A stretch of 64,000 nt of DNA from an uncultured Gammaproteobacteria bacterium (GCA_965231135.1 OZ246419.1:513488-577487); one strand, 5' to 3'. Shown: positions 49,516 through 59,554, numbered from the stretch's first letter. Program-made: numbers and translations. Notes: generated by a model not told the origin, from the letters alone.

Positions 49516-51724
49516 AATTAAAAAGCTGTGGCTAAAGAGATCAAAAGAACTGATGATTTGGCAAATTATATTGCCTTTATTGGTTGTAGCTAATATTTCT
49601 TATTTAATTGGAGGAATAGTTGGATCAATTATTACGCTTTCCTTTTTTCTGTTTGCTCCTGGATATTTATTTTTGAATCTATTAAAGCATGAACTAAAGT
49701 CCAAATGGGAAATTGGTAGTTTCTCTATGGGCATAAGTCTACTTTCTATAATGCTCGGAGGATTGTGTCTTAATACATTAAATATATTTGGTCTTTCGCA
49801 ACCGCTTACGAGTCTTAATATTTTTCTTATGCTGAATTTATTTGTAATATCGCTGTTGTGGGTCAATCGTAAGAAAAAAATCAAGATACCAAAACTACAA
49901 ATAAAAGCATCTAAGGAACAATTGGTAATCGCTGGCTTATTAACGTTTTTGCCTTTCTTGGCAGCAGGCGGAGCTACGACTTTAAATAATGGTGGTTCAA
50001 ACACTCTTACAATGATTCTTTTTGCATTAATACCAATCGTCTTTATAATCCTTGTCGCACGTAAGAACTTGCAATCTTTGTATCCGTATGCAATTTTTAC
50101 AATGGCTTTGGCGATTTTGTTTAGTACTTCATTGCGTGGCTGGTATATAACAGGACATGATATTCAACATGAATTTTCAGTATTTCAACATACTTACCAA
50201 GATAACCTTTGGCATGTGAGGGTTGCGATGGGCGATCCATATAATGCATGCCTGAGTATCACTATACTTCCTACAATAATTGCTAAAATTACCACAATAC
50301 CTTCTGTGTATGTTTATAAATTCTTCTTTCAGATTATTTTTGCATTCGGATTGATGCCGGTTTATTTGTTTGTAAGAAAATTTACGAACTCAATTTATGG
50401 ACTAATTGCTGCGTTTATTTTCATCACTTTTCCGACATTTCTCGATGACATGCCATTTCTCAATAGGCAAGAGATAGGTTTCATATTCTTTGGGCTTCTT
50501 GTAATGCTTACTTTCTCTAAGATTAAAAAGGGTACAAAGATGTTACTTAGTGTAGCCATCTTGCTTGGCATCATGTTTTCTCATTATTCCAGTAACTATG
50601 TTACGCTTTGTATTCTACTTGGTGCTTGGTTTATTTTTAATTTGCTAAAAAGAACACAGACTATAAAAAATAACTCCTTTGAAATACCAATATTAAGACT
50701 TTGGATTATCGTAGGCGCTATTATATTGACTTTTCTTTGGAACTCCCAAATCACAGCTTCGGCATCAAATTTAGAAACGGCGGTTATTCAGACCATAGAT
50801 GATTTTAGATACAAAAGGTCTGTAGAAGACAGATTCCTTAGTTATGGATTAATTGAACGATCAGTAACCGATTTAAAGAGTCAATTTGAAGAGTTTGTAA
50901 AAACACGAAGTATTTCAGCCCAATATACATCTCCATCTGATATGCCATTAACATATTTAGGACAAAAGCTTTCTTCAATAATTGACGTAAAATCTTTCAA
51001 TTACGGTATACATACTGCTATAGCAAAGATATATCAAGTTTTGATAATACTTGGAACTGTTATTTATTTCTTTAAACAGAGAAGAACAGCAAATAAAGAG
51101 GGTAGTTATTATATTTCAATCATTTTTGCAGGTCTTATCTTATTAGTAACTTTTACATTATTTCCACGGTTGGCTAGTGATTATAGCGTTATAAGGCTGA
51201 TCCAACAAACATTAGTGTTGACTGCTTTGCCTATTATTTTTGCAACAGAATTTCTTTTTGGTCTGTTTAGACGATATAAGCAAATAGTAGTTGCGGTTTT
51301 GTTTGTCGTTTTATTTTTACATTCTTCAGGCTTTGTTCCACAACTAACAGGTGGCTATAAACCTTTGTTAGCACTTAACAACGCTGGAGTCTATTATGAT
51401 TATTTTTATACCCACGAAAGTGATCTGTTAAGCACTAACTGGCTTGCAGAGAATATGGATAAAAGTTTACCAGTTTTCCATGATGTTATTTCTGACTTAT
51501 CAATTATAAATTATCCCCGCAAAACTGGGTTACTCTATTCTGATAACGAGACAAGACAACAAATGTCACTAGCATATATTTATTTGGGCTATACAAATAC
51601 AACTAAGGGTATATTTAGAACCTTTCAGATTGGTGATTTTACTGAATATATAGATACTTCAATAACATTAAATCGCAATCTTATTTATAACAATGGTAAA
51701 AGTCGTATTTATTTAGGATTATGA
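49499..51724 (+). CDS. DUF2206-like multi-pass membrane protein (GT-C/polymerase-like)
   Basis: GHDIQHEF, YNACLSITILP, RQEI, SHYS motifs; many TMs. Confidence 0.7.
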   Translation: MKTLFKIKKLWLKRSKELMIWQIILPLLVVANISYLIGGIVGSIITLSFFLFAPGYLFLNLLKHELKSKWEIGSFSMGISLLSIMLGGLCLNTLNIFGLSQPLTSLNIFLMLNLFVISLLWVNRKKKIKIPKLQIKASKEQLVIAGLLTFLPFLAAGGATTLNNGGSNTLTMILFALIPIVFIILVARKNLQSLYPYAIFTMALAILFSTSLRGWYITGHDIQHEFSVFQHTYQDNLWHVRVAMGDPYNACLSITILPTIIAKITTIPSVYVYKFFFQIIFAFGLMPVYLFVRKFTNSIYGLIAAFIFITFPTFLDDMPFLNRQEIGFIFFGLLVMLTFSKIKKGTKMLLSVAILLGIMFSHYSSNYVTLCILLGAWFIFNLLKRTQTIKNNSFEIPILRLWIIVGAIILTFLWNSQITASASNLETAVIQTIDDFRYKRSVEDRFLSYGLIERSVTDLKSQFEEFVKTRSISAQYTSPSDMPLTYLGQKLSSIIDVKSFNYGIHTAIAKIYQVLIILGTVIYFFKQRRTANKEGSYYISIIFAGLILLVTFTLFPRLASDYSVIRLIQQTLVLTALPIIFATEFLFGLFRRYKQIVVAVLFVVLFLHSSGFVPQLTGGYKPLLALNNAGVYYDYFYTHESDLLSTNWLAENMDKSLPVFHDVISDLSIINYPRKTGLLYSDNETRQQMSLAYIYLGYTNTTKGIFRTFQIGDFTEYIDTSITLNRNLIYNNGKSRIYLGL

Positions 51725-54372
51725 AAAAAATAATTAACATCAAATATATCCAAAGGGTTAGCTCCTTTTGTCTGTCTATCGTAAAAAACAAACTTTTGTT
51801 TAATTCTTTGAGTCTAATGGTTGCATCAGGAGTAACGGCTGGATTCGGATTTATATTTTGGACTATTATTGCTAGATCTTATTCTACACAATCTGTAGGT
51901 TTTGCAACAACGCTGCTTTCGGTTGCAACAATTTTATCTTTAATAGGACTCGCAGGTTTCGATACAATTTTTTTACGTTTTTTATCAAAAACTGAAGATA
52001 AAAATATACAAATTAATAATGGTGTTATTGTGACAGGCATTGTTTCATTTATTGTTTCAAGTATTTTTTTAATTTTTTTGCCGATTCTATCTCCTACTCT
52101 CCAAATCATATTTCAGGGGAACTGGTATCCTTTGTTATTCGTACTCTTTACTATTTTTATGTCATGGAATATCTTAACTAATTCGATACTCATTTCACAC
52201 CATCATACTTCGTTAATCTTATTAATTGAATTACTATCAGGGATATTTAAGCTGATACTTGCGATGTTTTTTAACACATCAGGAACTATTACTATCTTTT
52301 CAATTGTTGGTCTTAGTCAAATTTTCAACGTTGTTTTAAGTGTATTTTTGATTATACGTGTATTGCACTACAAACCTTCGCTACAATTTGATATTCAATC
52401 CTTAAAGAAAAATTATCGATTCGGATTAGTAGCTTATATATCACAGTTGTTGAATTTATTACCTGCTTCTCTGTTGCCGTTAATCGTTGTTAATACTCTT
52501 GGTGCAACCTCAGCAGCATACTATTATGTCTCCTTTTCGATTGCAAATCTGTTATATACGATTGCTTATACAACAAATCAAGTACTTCTTGCGGAATCTT
52601 CCGGTAGCGAAGAGTTATTTCTGTCAATTGCAACACGAGGAATAAAAATAATAACTGGAATCATGACTCCAGTTATAGCTCTTGTTGTTTTGTTTTGTCC
52701 TGCATTATTATTACTTTTTGGAGGAAATTATTCTAGAGAAGCTAGTACTCTTTTACGAATTATGTGTTTAGCCGGTTTTATTGTGGCAATCTATTCTTTC
52801 CTTGGTTTTATCTTTAAACATACTAAAAATCTAAAGGCCTTATTATTTATGTCTGCTACATATGTTGTTTCCATTTTATCGTTAAGTTACTTCTTGATAA
52901 GTGTGTACGGGCTTATTGGTGTGGGTTTTGCGTGGTTCTTGGGAACGTTAATTTCTATTTTTATCGGTATTATATTTATGGTGTTACGAATAAATATTGT
53001 TCGTCAACCAGCTGCTTCTCCTAAAAATATCTTAATAACACACTTCTATTCGAAAAATAATAATGGGGATGCTGCGTTACTAAGTGTATTAATAAATGAT
53101 CTTAAGCGAAAATTTGGAAATCCTGCAATTTCCATAGTTGCCTCTGATGTTGTGAAACAAAATGAAAGGTTTGATGGTATTAATGTTTATAGTTCGTTTA
53201 TGTTTTACGCGATGAATCGTTTTAAAAGTCGTCATTTAACTTTTTTGTATTCAGTATATGTTATGATGGTCACGTTTTTATGGGCAGTGGTTTATAGATA
53301 CACCAAATTTTCTATACCAATACCTAAAGGAATCCAGCGTCTGTGTTTATATTACTCAAAGGCAGATTTGATTATTCCAGTGGGAGGTGGATATTTACGT
53401 GGCCAAAATAAAGGGATCGGCAGCTTACTGTATATCTGTTTAATTTTACATCCTTTGATCATAGGAAATGTTTTAAGAAAACCTAATGTCTTATATACTC
53501 AGTCAGTTGGACCTTTTTCTAATAGATTTGAAAGTTATCTTGTATCAAAAGTATTGAATTCATTCTCTCAAGCAGTCATTGTTCGTGAAAATATTTCTCA
53601 TAATATATTGAGGGGTAGAGTTAAAAAACTATACCGTTCGGTAGATTCTGGATTTGCCTTTGAAGGTAAAGGAAATTTTTATAATTTAGATAAAGTACTA
53701 AATCAAAAAAGATATCAATTTATCATTGGTGTAACAGCTAAAAAATATTTTAAATCCGAACTGCAAGAGAAATATGAACTGGCTCTTGCCAGAACTATTG
53801 AGTATATTTTTACTAAATATAGAGCGGCTGTTATTCTTATTCCACAAGTAACTGCTGAATATAACGGAGACGATGATCGAATTGTCCATAATCGAATTTT
53901 TTCGTATATCAGAAATAAAAAGGATGTATACGTAATTAACGACAAGCTTAACCACTACGATATAAAAACCATATATGGGCAGTTAGACTTGGTCATCGGA
54001 ACGAGATTCCATTCAGTTATTTTTTCACTTACATCTTATGTTCCAGCTATTGCTATTGAATACGAGCATAAAACAAGAGGAATTATGAAAGATTTAGGAT
54101 TAAGTAAATGGGTGATAAAAATAGAAGATGTTAATTTAGCAAAATTATCATCTATGGTAGATAAACTTGTCGAAGAACGCGTTATATATAGGGAAAAACT
54201 TATAAAGGTAATTCCTACATATCGCTCTCGAGCGAAAAATGCTATAGCAATTGTAGACAAACAATATAAAGAGTATATTACCAGCTCCAAACATGTAAAT
54301 AGAGAGGGTGTCTTCAAAAGACCTTTCCGGAGATTTAAGTTAATCTTTAACAACTTTAGTTTTTCTAGTTGA
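51721..54372 (+). CDS. Oligosaccharide flippase fused to polysaccharide pyruvyl transferase
   Basis: N-terminal Wzx-like TM domain; C-terminal NNGDAA, VGGGY, QSVGP, VRE, GTRFHS. Confidence 0.85.
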   Translation: MKKIINIKYIQRVSSFCLSIVKNKLLFNSLSLMVASGVTAGFGFIFWTIIARSYSTQSVGFATTLLSVATILSLIGLAGFDTIFLRFLSKTEDKNIQINNGVIVTGIVSFIVSSIFLIFLPILSPTLQIIFQGNWYPLLFVLFTIFMSWNILTNSILISHHHTSLILLIELLSGIFKLILAMFFNTSGTITIFSIVGLSQIFNVVLSVFLIIRVLHYKPSLQFDIQSLKKNYRFGLVAYISQLLNLLPASLLPLIVVNTLGATSAAYYYVSFSIANLLYTIAYTTNQVLLAESSGSEELFLSIATRGIKIITGIMTPVIALVVLFCPALLLLFGGNYSREASTLLRIMCLAGFIVAIYSFLGFIFKHTKNLKALLFMSATYVVSILSLSYFLISVYGLIGVGFAWFLGTLISIFIGIIFMVLRINIVRQPAASPKNILITHFYSKNNNGDAALLSVLINDLKRKFGNPAISIVASDVVKQNERFDGINVYSSFMFYAMNRFKSRHLTFLYSVYVMMVTFLWAVVYRYTKFSIPIPKGIQRLCLYYSKADLIIPVGGGYLRGQNKGIGSLLYICLILHPLIIGNVLRKPNVLYTQSVGPFSNRFESYLVSKVLNSFSQAVIVRENISHNILRGRVKKLYRSVDSGFAFEGKGNFYNLDKVLNQKRYQFIIGVTAKKYFKSELQEKYELALARTIEYIFTKYRAAVILIPQVTAEYNGDDDRIVHNRIFSYIRNKKDVYVINDKLNHYDIKTIYGQLDLVIGTRFHSVIFSLTSYVPAIAIEYEHKTRGIMKDLGLSKWVIKIEDVNLAKLSSMVDKLVEERVIYREKLIKVIPTYRSRAKNAIAIVDKQYKEYITSSKHVNREGVFKRPFRRFKLIFNNFSFSS

Positions 54373-54390
54373 AATAAGAAATTGATACTT

Positions 54391-54618
54391 ATGAATAAAA
54401 TAACAAAGATTGTAAAAGCAATTTCTTTTACCTTATTCGTCTTTGGTTTTACTGGCTGGATTTATATAGCTATTAATGCATGGGTACACCCTCAAACACT
54501 AAGTTGGCAATTGACACATCTTACTCCATGGATCAGAGAAGATACCTTTGGTATCATTTGTTTTATTGTTTCTTTTGTTTCTTTTTTTGTGTGGAATTTA
54601 ACAAGAGAAGAAAAATAG
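54391..54618 (+). CDS. Small 2TM protein
   Basis: HP.TL..QLTH..PW.RED loop between TMs. Confidence 0.7.
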   Translation: MNKITKIVKAISFTLFVFGFTGWIYIAINAWVHPQTLSWQLTHLTPWIREDTFGIICFIVSFVSFFVWNLTREEK

Positions 54619-54637
54619 GCTTGAGTTGGTTGTGCAT

Positions 54638-55672
54638 TTACACTTCAATTGTTAATTTTATTAATTTTTTACCATCATCTTCGCTAGCGATTATTTTTCC
54701 AATATCGCTAATTCGCTCGTAAATCTCTTTTATTTTTAGACCCCTGTCTCTATATTTTCTAGACTCACTGCTATATCGTCTTAAGGTTCTTTGTTGAGTT
54801 GCAGTATTGAACTCCAAATATTTCAGAGTCGTTTCAAGATTGGCGTGGCCCATTGCATCTTTAATATCTGAATCTTCAGCTCCATTATTTTTTAAATCCC
54901 TTGCAAAAATTCTACGTAAATCGTGGACTTGCAATGGGTGACCCCAAAGCTTTCCCGCCTGACGCATAATAGCTTCTAGTCTCTTTTCACCAACTACAAA
55001 CAGTCGTTGAGAATAATCTTCTTTGTAATGACCTTTATCATTTAATATTTCTAGTTCTTCTGGATTTTTTCCTTGCAGTCTTTCTTCTAGATCTTTAATT
55101 AACCAGGGGACTTCAGGAATACTTACCATTCTCGGGCCTGTTTTACCTTGTCGAATTTGCACTTGTCTACCGCTCAAGGAAACATCGCTTAATAGGATAT
55201 TTCGTGTTTCGTAATTTCTGCCACCGCAGGCAACGAGAATGAATTTGAGACAAGCACGATGTTCTTTCTTAGAAAACCTGTGCTGGCGATTGTCGTAAAG
55301 TCCTGGTTCTGTAACCTTATCTATTAATTTAAGCATCTCAGCTTGAGAGGGAAGTATGCGAAGTTTTCTATTTACGGGAGTTCTTGCCATTCCTGCTGCC
55401 CAGTCTTTTTCTAAAATCCCTTCATTGAACATCCATCTGACAATCTTTTTGACAAATGTTTCGGCCTGACGACGCGATGATTCCGCTTTGCCTTTTTGTC
55501 TTAAATTCAAGAAATAATCTTCTGCCGTATCGCGATTAAAGGGTTTATCTTCAATAAAATCTAGCAAGTTTTTTGCCCAATCTTGATTATTTTTATGGGT
55601 TTTTGGTTTCCAACTTCTATCTTTATACTTAAAATATTTGTTTATATTTTCTTCTAATTCTTTTTTTAGCAT
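54638..55672 (-). CDS. Tyrosine recombinase/integrase
   Basis: Catalytic R (GGRNYE), K (QGKT), HDLRR, MGHA, Y (TLKYL). Confidence 0.93.
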   Translation of the reverse strand: MLKKELEENINKYFKYKDRSWKPKTHKNNQDWAKNLLDFIEDKPFNRDTAEDYFLNLRQKGKAESSRRQAETFVKKIVRWMFNEGILEKDWAAGMARTPVNRKLRILPSQAEMLKLIDKVTEPGLYDNRQHRFSKKEHRACLKFILVACGGRNYETRNILLSDVSLSGRQVQIRQGKTGPRMVSIPEVPWLIKDLEERLQGKNPEELEILNDKGHYKEDYSQRLFVVGEKRLEAIMRQAGKLWGHPLQVHDLRRIFARDLKNNGAEDSDIKDAMGHANLETTLKYLEFNTATQQRTLRRYSSESRKYRDRGLKIKEIYERISDIGKIIASEDDGKKLIKLTIEV

Positions 55673-55747
55673 ATGAGTACAAGACGTTAATCCTAATACT
55701 CATGTGTTTTTTAATATTAATATTTGAAGCAGCTAATCTCCGAAGTG

Positions 55748-55820
55748 TGCTCGTTCAAGGACTCGAACCTTGGACCCTTCGCATGTAAAGCGAATGCTCT
55801 ACCAACTGAGCTAAACGAGC
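55748..55820 (-). tRNA. tRNA-Val(TAC), intact, inside the island
   Basis: Acceptor GCTCGTT/AACGAGC; TTCGC-TTTACAT-GCGAA. Confidence 0.93.
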
Positions 55821-55882
55821 TTATTTTGGCCGCTTTTAGCTTCAAGAGCCCCCTTTACATCTCTATACTAGCACAACACTTC

Positions 55883-55924
55883 GAGGATGTAAACCGAGCG
55901 CTCTACCAACTGAGCTAACCGCCC
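55883..55924 (-). pseudogene. 5' half of split tRNA-Val(TAC)
   Basis: GGGCGGTTAGCTCAGTTGGTAGAGCGCTCGGTTTACATCCTC, then non-tRNA sequence. Confidence 0.85.
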
Positions 55925-55928
55925 TTTG

Positions 55929-56010
55929 TGCGGGAGACAGGACTTGAACCTGCATGGATTGCTCCACACGCTCCTTAGGCGTGCCTGTATACCAATTTCA
56001 GCACTCCCGC
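55929..56010 (-). tRNA. tRNA-Leu(AAG)
   Basis: CACGC-CTAAGGA-GCGTG; long variable arm; A discriminator. Confidence 0.88.
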
Positions 56011-56023
56011 ATATATTTTCCTG

Positions 56024-56095
56024 TGCTCCCAGACGGAATCGGACTGTCATCTTCTCCTTAGAAGGGAGTTGCTCTATCCATTGAGCTATGGGAGC
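56024..56095 (-). tRNA. tRNA-Arg(TCT), T-loop TCCGA variant
   Basis: Loop CTTCTAA; acceptor GCTCCCA/TGGGAGC. Confidence 0.85.
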
Positions 56096-56147
56096 TTACA
56101 ATAGACATTGATATTATATCAAATTTGATATACTTAAGCTCACATAA

Positions 56148-56230
56148 GCCGAAGTGGCGAAATGGCAGACGCGCACGGTTCAGAGCCGTGTTCCCGTAAG
56201 GGAGTGGAGGTTCAAATCCTCTCTTCGGCA
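56148..56230 (+). tRNA. tRNA-Leu(CAG)
   Basis: CACGG-TTCAGAG-CCGTG. Confidence 0.95.
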
Positions 56231-56235
56231 CTAAC

Positions 56236-57321
56236 TTATTCACTTCCAATTAATTTTTTAACGTACGGGATTTTGTCTATAAAATAAGTAAAGGCAAAAG
56301 AAACAATAAAGACTACAAGCCATTTTACAATCACATAACTCCATAAAGGAATATGAATATTATCAACTGTCAATCCAAGCTCATAATCCCAAATTGTCAC
56401 TATAAAAAGGTGAGTTAAATAAATTCCAAACGAGCATCTTGCAATTTGATAAATAATTTTTTTAACGAAATTGTTTTTTATGAATGAATAATTAAATTTA
56501 GAAAGTAGATAAAAAGCAGGGATTGACATTAATACAACATTAAAACTCAGATAATAATCTGAATATTGAGATAGACATCCTTGATAAAATTCGTTTGATG
56601 AAGGATTTGCAGCGTTTGCTTTAAAATAAAAAAAATTTAAAACCAAGGTTAATAATAAACCAATAACGTAAACAATATTAGCTGCTTTAAAATTTTTAAA
56701 CTTAATTTTATTTGTACCAATCAGATATCCAAATAAAAATAAACCTGCGTATGGAACCCACTTTGTAAAAGAATTTTCGACAGCACAGTTTCTTATGAAA
56801 TATTCTTCTGCTGTTTCTACAACACCAACAGTAAGAAAACTTACAGACATAAGAGTTAAGGTTTTTGTTTCATTTGTTTTTATAAAATTTCTAAAAAGAG
56901 GGACGATAAAATATAATCCAATTAAAATAACTAGAAAATAAAAATAATAAACATTTCCTGAGAAGAATCTTAAATAAAAAGATGGCTGTAAAATATCTTT
57001 TATAGCGTTTGGAGTACTTAGGGCATAAACAAGAATTGTCCAGAAAACAAGCGGAACAAAAAGACGATTAAAAATCCTTTTTAATAAACGGCTAAACCTT
57101 TCATCACGTTTGAGCATGAAATAGCCACTTAGCATTATAAAAAGAGGAATACAGATTCGCGAAAATGAATCAACTAGAATTGAAAACCACCAAGAAATTC
57201 CGCCAAAGAAATCAGGGCGCTGATAGACAGAATTAAAAGTATGTATTGCAACAACCGCAAGAATAGCAACAACTCTGACTATATCTGGCCAAAGTTCATA
57301 GTTAGTTATCTTCTTTGTCAT
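56236..57321 (-). CDS. Acyltransferase family 3 protein
   Basis: DIVRVVAILAVVAIH, PLFIMLSG, SFGIYLTH. Confidence 0.9.
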   Translation of the reverse strand: MTKKITNYELWPDIVRVVAILAVVAIHTFNSVYQRPDFFGGISWWFSILVDSFSRICIPLFIMLSGYFMLKRDERFSRLLKRIFNRLFVPLVFWTILVYALSTPNAIKDILQPSFYLRFFSGNVYYFYFLVILIGLYFIVPLFRNFIKTNETKTLTLMSVSFLTVGVVETAEEYFIRNCAVENSFTKWVPYAGLFLFGYLIGTNKIKFKNFKAANIVYVIGLLLTLVLNFFYFKANAANPSSNEFYQGCLSQYSDYYLSFNVVLMSIPAFYLLSKFNYSFIKNNFVKKIIYQIARCSFGIYLTHLFIVTIWDYELGLTVDNIHIPLWSYVIVKWLVVFIVSFAFTYFIDKIPYVKKLIGSE

Positions 57322-57337
57322 ATATAATAATTAGATA

Positions 57338-58738
57338 ATGAAAAAAGTATTAATCTTACTCTTGAGCTTAATTGTATATGGTTTAATAGTTCCTGCAAGA
57401 GCTTTTGCAATCTATAATCCAACTGCGGTTGCCAATAACCATTTTGGCATCCATGTAGCTGATACAAGCGATTTGCAAGATGTAGCAAAACTCGTTAATT
57501 CAAACGGGGGAGATTGGGGATACGTAACTTTTGTAATTCAAAAAGGAGAGCGTGATCCGCAAAGATGGCAAAATGTTTTTGATCAAATGAGGAGGCTTCA
57601 TCTTATTCCAATTGTTAGAATTGCAACACAACCAGTTGGTATTGGAAATAACACATGGGAACGCCCTAGCGTTGATGAGATTGGTGGATGGGTAACTTTT
57701 CTTAATTCATTAAATTGGGTAGTTAAAAACCGTTATGTAATTGTTGGTAACGAGCCAAATCATGCAGAAGAGTGGGGTGGGCAAATTGACCCGGCAGGGT
57801 ATGCTGATTATCTAAAAGAATTTGCAAGCAAATTAAAGGAAAGTAATCCAGATTTTTTTATTATGGCTGCGGGAATGGATGCTTCTGCAACAAACACAAA
57901 AACAAGTATGTCTGAGGATTTATTTTTGATGCAAATGATAAATAAAGATCCTGATATTTTTGATAATATTGACGGTCTTGCTTCGCATTCTTATCCAAAT
58001 CCAAATTTTTCGGGAGATGCAACTGCAACAGGAAAGGGAACTGTAGCAACTTTTGACTGGGAATTAAACGAATTAAAATTCCTGGGAATTACCAAAACTC
58101 TTCCCGTTTTTATCACGGAAACCGGATGGACACACGATCCAAATAATTTGACAACAAACCTCGGGACAAAATACGAAACTGCTTTTAATAATGTATGGAA
58201 TGATCCAAGAATTGTTGCAATTACTCCTTTTATATATAAATATGTTGGCTCTCCATTTGATAATTTTTCCTGGGTAAATTCTGCTGGACAATTTTATGAT
58301 TTTTATAATAACGTTTTAAACCTCAAAAAAAATGCGGGGAAACCAATTCAAATTGAAAGTGCCGACATTATAACAGGAATCCTTCCTAAAATTGCAGTTG
58401 CCGGGACAAAATACAGAGGAGTGTTTTTTATTAAAAACACTGGACAATCTATCTGGGAAGAAAATAATTTAGAAGCAATTGACAGCAGAGCAAATAAATT
58501 AAATATTATTTCTGTCTATCCCAACACACTCGAACCGGGGCAAATTGGAGTGTTTTTGATTAATGGACAATTTGCAAATGTAAGCGGGAATTTTAATATT
58601 GGAATTAACTTTTTGGATAATGGGAATGTAATTGCTGATTACACAACGCAGGTTAATTTGATTCCAGGATTACCAAATTTGAGCGATATTTTAAATTACT
58701 TGAAGCTGTCAGTCGCAGAAAAACTGGCAAAAATTTGA
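57338..58738 (+). CDS. Secreted clan GH-A glycoside hydrolase with Ig-like C-terminus
   Basis: GNEPN acid/base, SHSYP, VFITETGW nucleophile; KNTG..W Ig-like motif. Confidence 0.75.
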   Translation: MKKVLILLLSLIVYGLIVPARAFAIYNPTAVANNHFGIHVADTSDLQDVAKLVNSNGGDWGYVTFVIQKGERDPQRWQNVFDQMRRLHLIPIVRIATQPVGIGNNTWERPSVDEIGGWVTFLNSLNWVVKNRYVIVGNEPNHAEEWGGQIDPAGYADYLKEFASKLKESNPDFFIMAAGMDASATNTKTSMSEDLFLMQMINKDPDIFDNIDGLASHSYPNPNFSGDATATGKGTVATFDWELNELKFLGITKTLPVFITETGWTHDPNNLTTNLGTKYETAFNNVWNDPRIVAITPFIYKYVGSPFDNFSWVNSAGQFYDFYNNVLNLKKNAGKPIQIESADIITGILPKIAVAGTKYRGVFFIKNTGQSIWEENNLEAIDSRANKLNIISVYPNTLEPGQIGVFLINGQFANVSGNFNIGINFLDNGNVIADYTTQVNLIPGLPNLSDILNYLKLSVAEKLAKI

Positions 58739-58761
58739 AAATGGGCATTATTTCCTATTTT

Positions 58762-58837
58762 TGGTGGGTTCGGAGGGGATCGAACCCTCGACCGTCTCCT
58801 TAAGAGGGAGCTGCTCTACCGACTGAGCTACGAACCC
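58762..58837 (-). tRNA. tRNA-Lys(CTT), CCA encoded
   Basis: Loop CTCTTAA; acceptor GGGTTCG/CGAACCC. Confidence 0.95.
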
Positions 58838-58936
58838 GAAGGGTGCCGCAAGCTTTGCTTACGAACCCAAGCCGATATATTATACAGCAAACTTGACTTT
58901 AAGCTCTAAAATTGCAAAACTACCTTAAGACTTTCC

Positions 58937-59554
58937 ATGGGAAGAGTTTTATTAGTTGTTTCTTTTTTGGTTTTGACGCCACTAGTATTAGTTGCCTGTC
59001 TTGTTTCTTTGATATCTATTTCAACTTCCTCAATTCCAACTCCTAAAACAATAAAAAAGATTACTGCAAATACGCTTGATGTGCAGGCCCGTTTAACAAG
59101 CGACGTTGGAGTTTCTGTTTATGCATCGCTTCCTTCAAGCATTCCAAGCGTTACTGGCCATATAACGGCAGGGGATGCCAGACCTGAAATAGTGAAAGAA
59201 TATTTAGCTGAATATGGATCGCCGCTTTTGCCATATGCCAACGAAATTGTACAAATGGCTGATAAATATGGAATAGATTTTAGATTTATTCCTGCAATTG
59301 CACAACAAGAATCAAATTTATGCCATGTAATTCCGCCTGGGAGTTTTAATTGCTGGGGCTGGGGAATTACAAGCGTTAGTAGTTTAGGATTTGATTCATA
59401 TCAAGACGGAATAGAAACTGTAAGCAAAGGATTAAAAGAAAATTATATTGACGACGGACTTACAACTCCAGATGAAATTATGACAAAATATACACCTTCT
59501 TCAAACGGTTCGTGGGCGCACGGCGTCAATGAATTTATGGGCGAAATGCAATAA
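58937..59554 (+). CDS. Lysozyme-like (glucosaminidase-type) cell wall hydrolase
   Basis: ADKYGID, PAIAQQES, NCWGWG. Confidence 0.75.
   Translation: MGRVLLVVSFLVLTPLVLVACLVSLISISTSSIPTPKTIKKITANTLDVQARLTSDVGVSVYASLPSSIPSVTGHITAGDARPEIVKEYLAEYGSPLLPYANEIVQMADKYGIDFRFIPAIAQQESNLCHVIPPGSFNCWGWGITSVSSLGFDSYQDGIETVSKGLKENYIDDGLTTPDEIMTKYTPSSNGSWAHGVNEFMGEMQ

Larger units (their letters stand above)
39523..55892. mobile_element. Tyrosine-integrase genomic island inserted in the tRNA-Val anticodon arm
   Basis: 10-bp direct repeat GAGGATGTAA at 39523-39532 and 55883-55892, with tRNA halves outside; integrase near right end. Confidence 0.85.

Noticed and set aside
39492-55924. Trans-spliced or intron-containing tRNA-Val
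   Set aside because: No bulge-helix-bulge or group I/II intron features; the direct repeat plus integrase explains the split
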